Positions 60,472 to 64,000 of a stretch of 64,000 nucleotides of DNA are shown piece after piece. Both the position numbers and the translations under genes were made by a program. This DNA comes from Eledone cirrhosa (Eukaryota), in assembly GCA_964016885.1 (NCBI GenBank), contig OZ024748.1, forward strand, positions 7,378,001-7,442,000, in the 5' to 3' direction. Under the pieces are notes generated by a model. It did no database searches. It saw only the letters and a program-made list of their open reading frames with translations, and was not told the DNA's origin. Positions within the stretch are counted from its first letter, which is position 1. Every line of letters begins with the position of its first letter.

Positions 60472-61559
60472 GCAAGAGGGAGTGAACAACATAGCCCAAC
60501 TGTTTCATATCCTCCAGTCACATTGCTGGGATAGTTCACATGTTTGACACTAGGGTAAACGGATAATGTAGGGGTGAGAGAGAGGAGGAGAGAAAGAGAT
60601 AGAGAGAGAGAGAGTGTGTGTGTCTGTGTAAGAGATGGGGGAGGGGATGATAGAGGGAGAAATTATAAGACAGAGAAGGAGAGAGAGAGAGAGAGGATTA
60701 GTGTATGTAAGAGACAGAGGGAGACGATGAGAGATGGAGAGAAAGGGAGAGATTGGGAGCGAAACGTTGTGTGTATGTGTGTATGCGTATGAGTGTGTGT
60801 GTGTGTGTGTGCGTGTGTGTGTCTGTCTGTCTGTCAGTCTCTGTGTGTGTGCGTGTGTGTGTCTGTATTCAGTCTCTATGTGTGTGCGTGTGTGTCTGTC
60901 TGTCTGTCTGTCAGTATGTGTGTGTGTGCATGTGTGTGTGTGTGTGTATGCCAGTCCCGTTTATTATCAGTTACAATACAGGTTTCATATATTCATATAT
61001 TCCTATATTCCTATATTTATATATTCCTATATTCCTACATTCCTACATAGTTTGATGGAGAGTAGAATCATATCAGTAGAATCATATCAGAACTAAAGGC
61101 GGAGATGGGATAATCTTAAGATATTATTTTAGTATCCAAGACGGTGTGGAGTGATTTGAAGGAGATTCGGCTGCTATTTCTAACACGGCAAGTGACCATA
61201 TAAAGTCTCAGACAATTCGTATTAGTGTTGATATGAGGTAAAACAGGATGTTTTCCTGAATTTTAGAACGTTACAAGCTTCTAAATTGATTAGTTTTCAA
61301 TGCAAATATTTCCCAATTTCTAATAAATTCCTGTATTTCAATGGTTTCTAAAAGACCAAATATTACTCTCAGGTGTTAGTAGAATATAATATTACAATTA
61401 TGATAATCTTTAGTGAATAAACCTATCTATAGTTACCTGTAAATTGTCATGATGCTGCATTGCATTTAACTGAGAAGAGGCATTTATGTAACTGTCTTCT
61501 TCTTCGATCACTTATTCCTGAGAGAGTCGTGGGGGTAGAATCCTCAAGCATTCTTTCCA

Positions 61560-62015
61560 GTGGGTCCTATCAGAAGCACCTGTCTCCAACTGATCCGGCT
61601 AGATCCCCAAACGTGACCGGCCAAGGTCATGGATGTTATCCAACCATCTTACTCGGAGTCTACCCCTGGGCCTCTTGCTGGTTGGCTTTTCCAGTAAAAT
61701 CTGTCCTGTTATTCTTTCCAGAGACATTCTAACCACATGCCTATAGTATCAGAGCTGTGATCTGTCAATTCAGAGAAGTAACGGCTCTACTTGGAGTGAC
61801 TCTCTGATCTCCGAGCTACAAATCTGTCCAGTGATTCTTTCCTGAGACATTCTAACCACATGCTTATAGTATCAGAGCTGTGATCTGTCAATTCAGAGAA
61901 GTAACGGCTCTACTTGGAGTGACTCTCTGATCTCCGAGCTACAAATCTGTCCAGTGATTCTTTCCTGAGACATTCTAACCACATTCTTATAGTATCAGAG
62001 CTGTGATCTCTCAAT
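61560..62015 (-). pseudogene. RTE-clade LINE 3' remnant with a 123-bp tandem array
   Basis: Similar to 1990-2160; gagacattct recurs at 61721, 61844 and 61967. Confidence 0.65.
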
Positions 62016-62181
62016 TTGATCTCGAGTAACGATGCTTGAAAGACCCTTCGGAAGAACCCTTATGTAACTGTAAATGTAGTAAATTTCTCGCTCTCTCACA
62101 CTCACCTCTCTCTCCATTACTCCCTATTTCTTACTGGAGGCAACAGCATGTTTTCGTCTTATTAGATTTCTTCAGGGAAGC

Positions 62182-62216
<35 letters not shown>

Positions 62217-62218
62217 TC

Positions 62219-62262
<44 letters not shown>

Positions 62263-62382
62263 CCTAAATTCAAACATTCATATATTCCTGTCTATAGTCT
62301 CGAAACATCATCTCCCACACATCCACTCTATCTCTCTCACACACACACACATGCTTTCTCCCAGTCTCATATACATACATGC

Positions 62383-62417
<35 letters not shown>

Positions 62418-62637
62418 CATATATATATATATATATAACTTTACAATAAATAATTTGATGGACGTTAAGATTATATTTTATAATATGAATTTATGTATCC
62501 GTGTTATCAACACATTAGAGAGAAATAAACGGAGAAAGAGAGAAAGAAAGAAAGAGAGAGCGTGAAAGAAAGACAGAGAGAATAGAGGTTATACCAAGTG
62601 AGTAAGAGAGACAGAACGAGAGAGAGGGGGAGAGTGA

Positions 62638-62765
<128 letters not shown>

Positions 62766-63153
62766 AAGAGAGAGAGAGAGAGGCTAGAAGAATCTGTGCA
62801 GTGAAAAATTCGTGTGAAATTAATGGCAAATGAATAAGATTTTAGTGGACATTTATAATATTTGTATGGAGATTTAACAGTGGAAAGTGGGACTAAACAT
62901 GGCCATATAAAGTGTCCTTATTGTTTTTAACGACATTAACAAATCAGCGACTGGTAGAGCAGGTAGACTATAGATATACATGCCGCCATATTTACTGTAA
63001 TGAAGAAATGGTAGTGGTGGTAGTATTGGTGGTGTTGGTGGTGTTGGGGGTGCTGGTGGTGGTGTGAGGTTGGTGTGGTGGTGGTGGTGGTAGTGTTGGT
63101 GGTAGTGGTGGTGGTGGTGGTGGTGGGGGTGAAATAAGTGTATGTATCAGACC

Positions 63154-63184
<31 letters not shown>

Positions 63185-63320
63185 AAGCTATTCCTCTCCT
63201 TGCTGTAGTAAAACTAGTTATCTGTCTCTTATTATTTCAGAGAGAACAAACGAAGTCTCAACAATTATTCCAATGTTTCCTCTCATCAATCTCAATGTGT
63301 TTCGTTGCAAGACTCAAACT
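63185..63320 (-). pseudogene. Highly degraded RTE-like fragment
   Basis: Minus strand KHIEIDEETLE...DFVC...ARRGIA, with stops and frameshifts. Confidence 0.3.
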
Positions 63321-63534
63321 TCCTCCTTTCTTCCAATTGTTTTCATTATTCAACCCTTTGTTTACTCTCTTTTGGCCCCTGGGTGTATGGGTTGAGTTAT
63401 AAATGATGATCACTCTCCTGTTGAGTAAATTGGGAGGGTCGGTGAAAGAGGCTGAAACACGAATAGAGTTATTTCACACCCCTGATGAGACCTTGGCTCT
63501 TTTATTCGGAGACGGAATACAACGTCACTGTCAC

Positions 63535-63679
63535 CACACAAGTATATTTAACCCAAGTATATCTGTTATTGGTTACTACACTACTACACTGCCTCTATCT
63601 ACTAAGCACACAAGCATATTTAACCCAAGTATATCTGTTATTGGTTACTACACTACTACACTGCCTCTATCTACTAAGT
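63535..63679. repeat. 72-bp tandem duplication
   Basis: Units start at 63535 and 63607, with one mismatch. Confidence 0.9.
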
Positions 63680-64000
63680 CACCTTCTTAAATTTTTTCTG
63701 CAATTGTAGCTTAGTGTTTTTTTTTTCACATAAATCTGTTTTGGTGTCTACACCGTCATACAACCTCATTGGCCAAGCCTCAAGGAAGAGTCAGTCCCTA
63801 TCAATTGTGTAGGAATCAACTCTCACCTGTGGTTATCGATATTCCATTGACCAACAGTGACCAGAGATTTCGTGGGGCGACGCAATATTGGTAAATCTTG
63901 ACCTTGAACTTGCTAGATATTCCTGACATATTAACTGCGGCTACTTAGGTTTCTAGACCTTGTTTAGTCGCCAGGATATCTAAACTGTGAATGTCAGACC

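Noticed and set aside
63450-63520. CTGATGA at 63482 with a nearby GAAAC
   Set aside because: No convincing stems I and II in any topology.

Overview
Very AT-rich, microsatellite-saturated eukaryotic non-coding DNA. It is most likely cephalopod (Octopus-like); this is inferred from the dominant tRNA-derived SINE and the (TA)n/(CA)n/(GA)n density and was not verified. No intact host protein-coding gene is supported: nearly all listed ORFs are translations of simple repeats, and the only recognisable protein signals are RTE- and R4-type LINE remnants. The main signal is a dense set of short, often fold-back (inverted-arm plus one-sided tail) elements inserted in (TA)n tracts, belonging to roughly ten sequence-unrelated families. 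About 18 copies from about 8 families carry a minimal type-I hammerhead ribozyme core (CUGANGA-stem II-GAAA-palindrome-UH), the hallmark of Penelope-like retroelement pseudo-LTRs; one has a 116-nt stem II. Nine families also share a covarying bulged hairpin, RCUC-[stem-loop]-UY-GAGY-RC, at the arm/tail boundary. I do not recognise it as a described motif and consider it the most novel candidate here. Also present: a complete non-autonomous Helitron, Tc1/mariner MITEs carrying a captured SINE, Harbinger-like MITE ends and several minisatellites. Family letters (A, B, C...) are my own labels.
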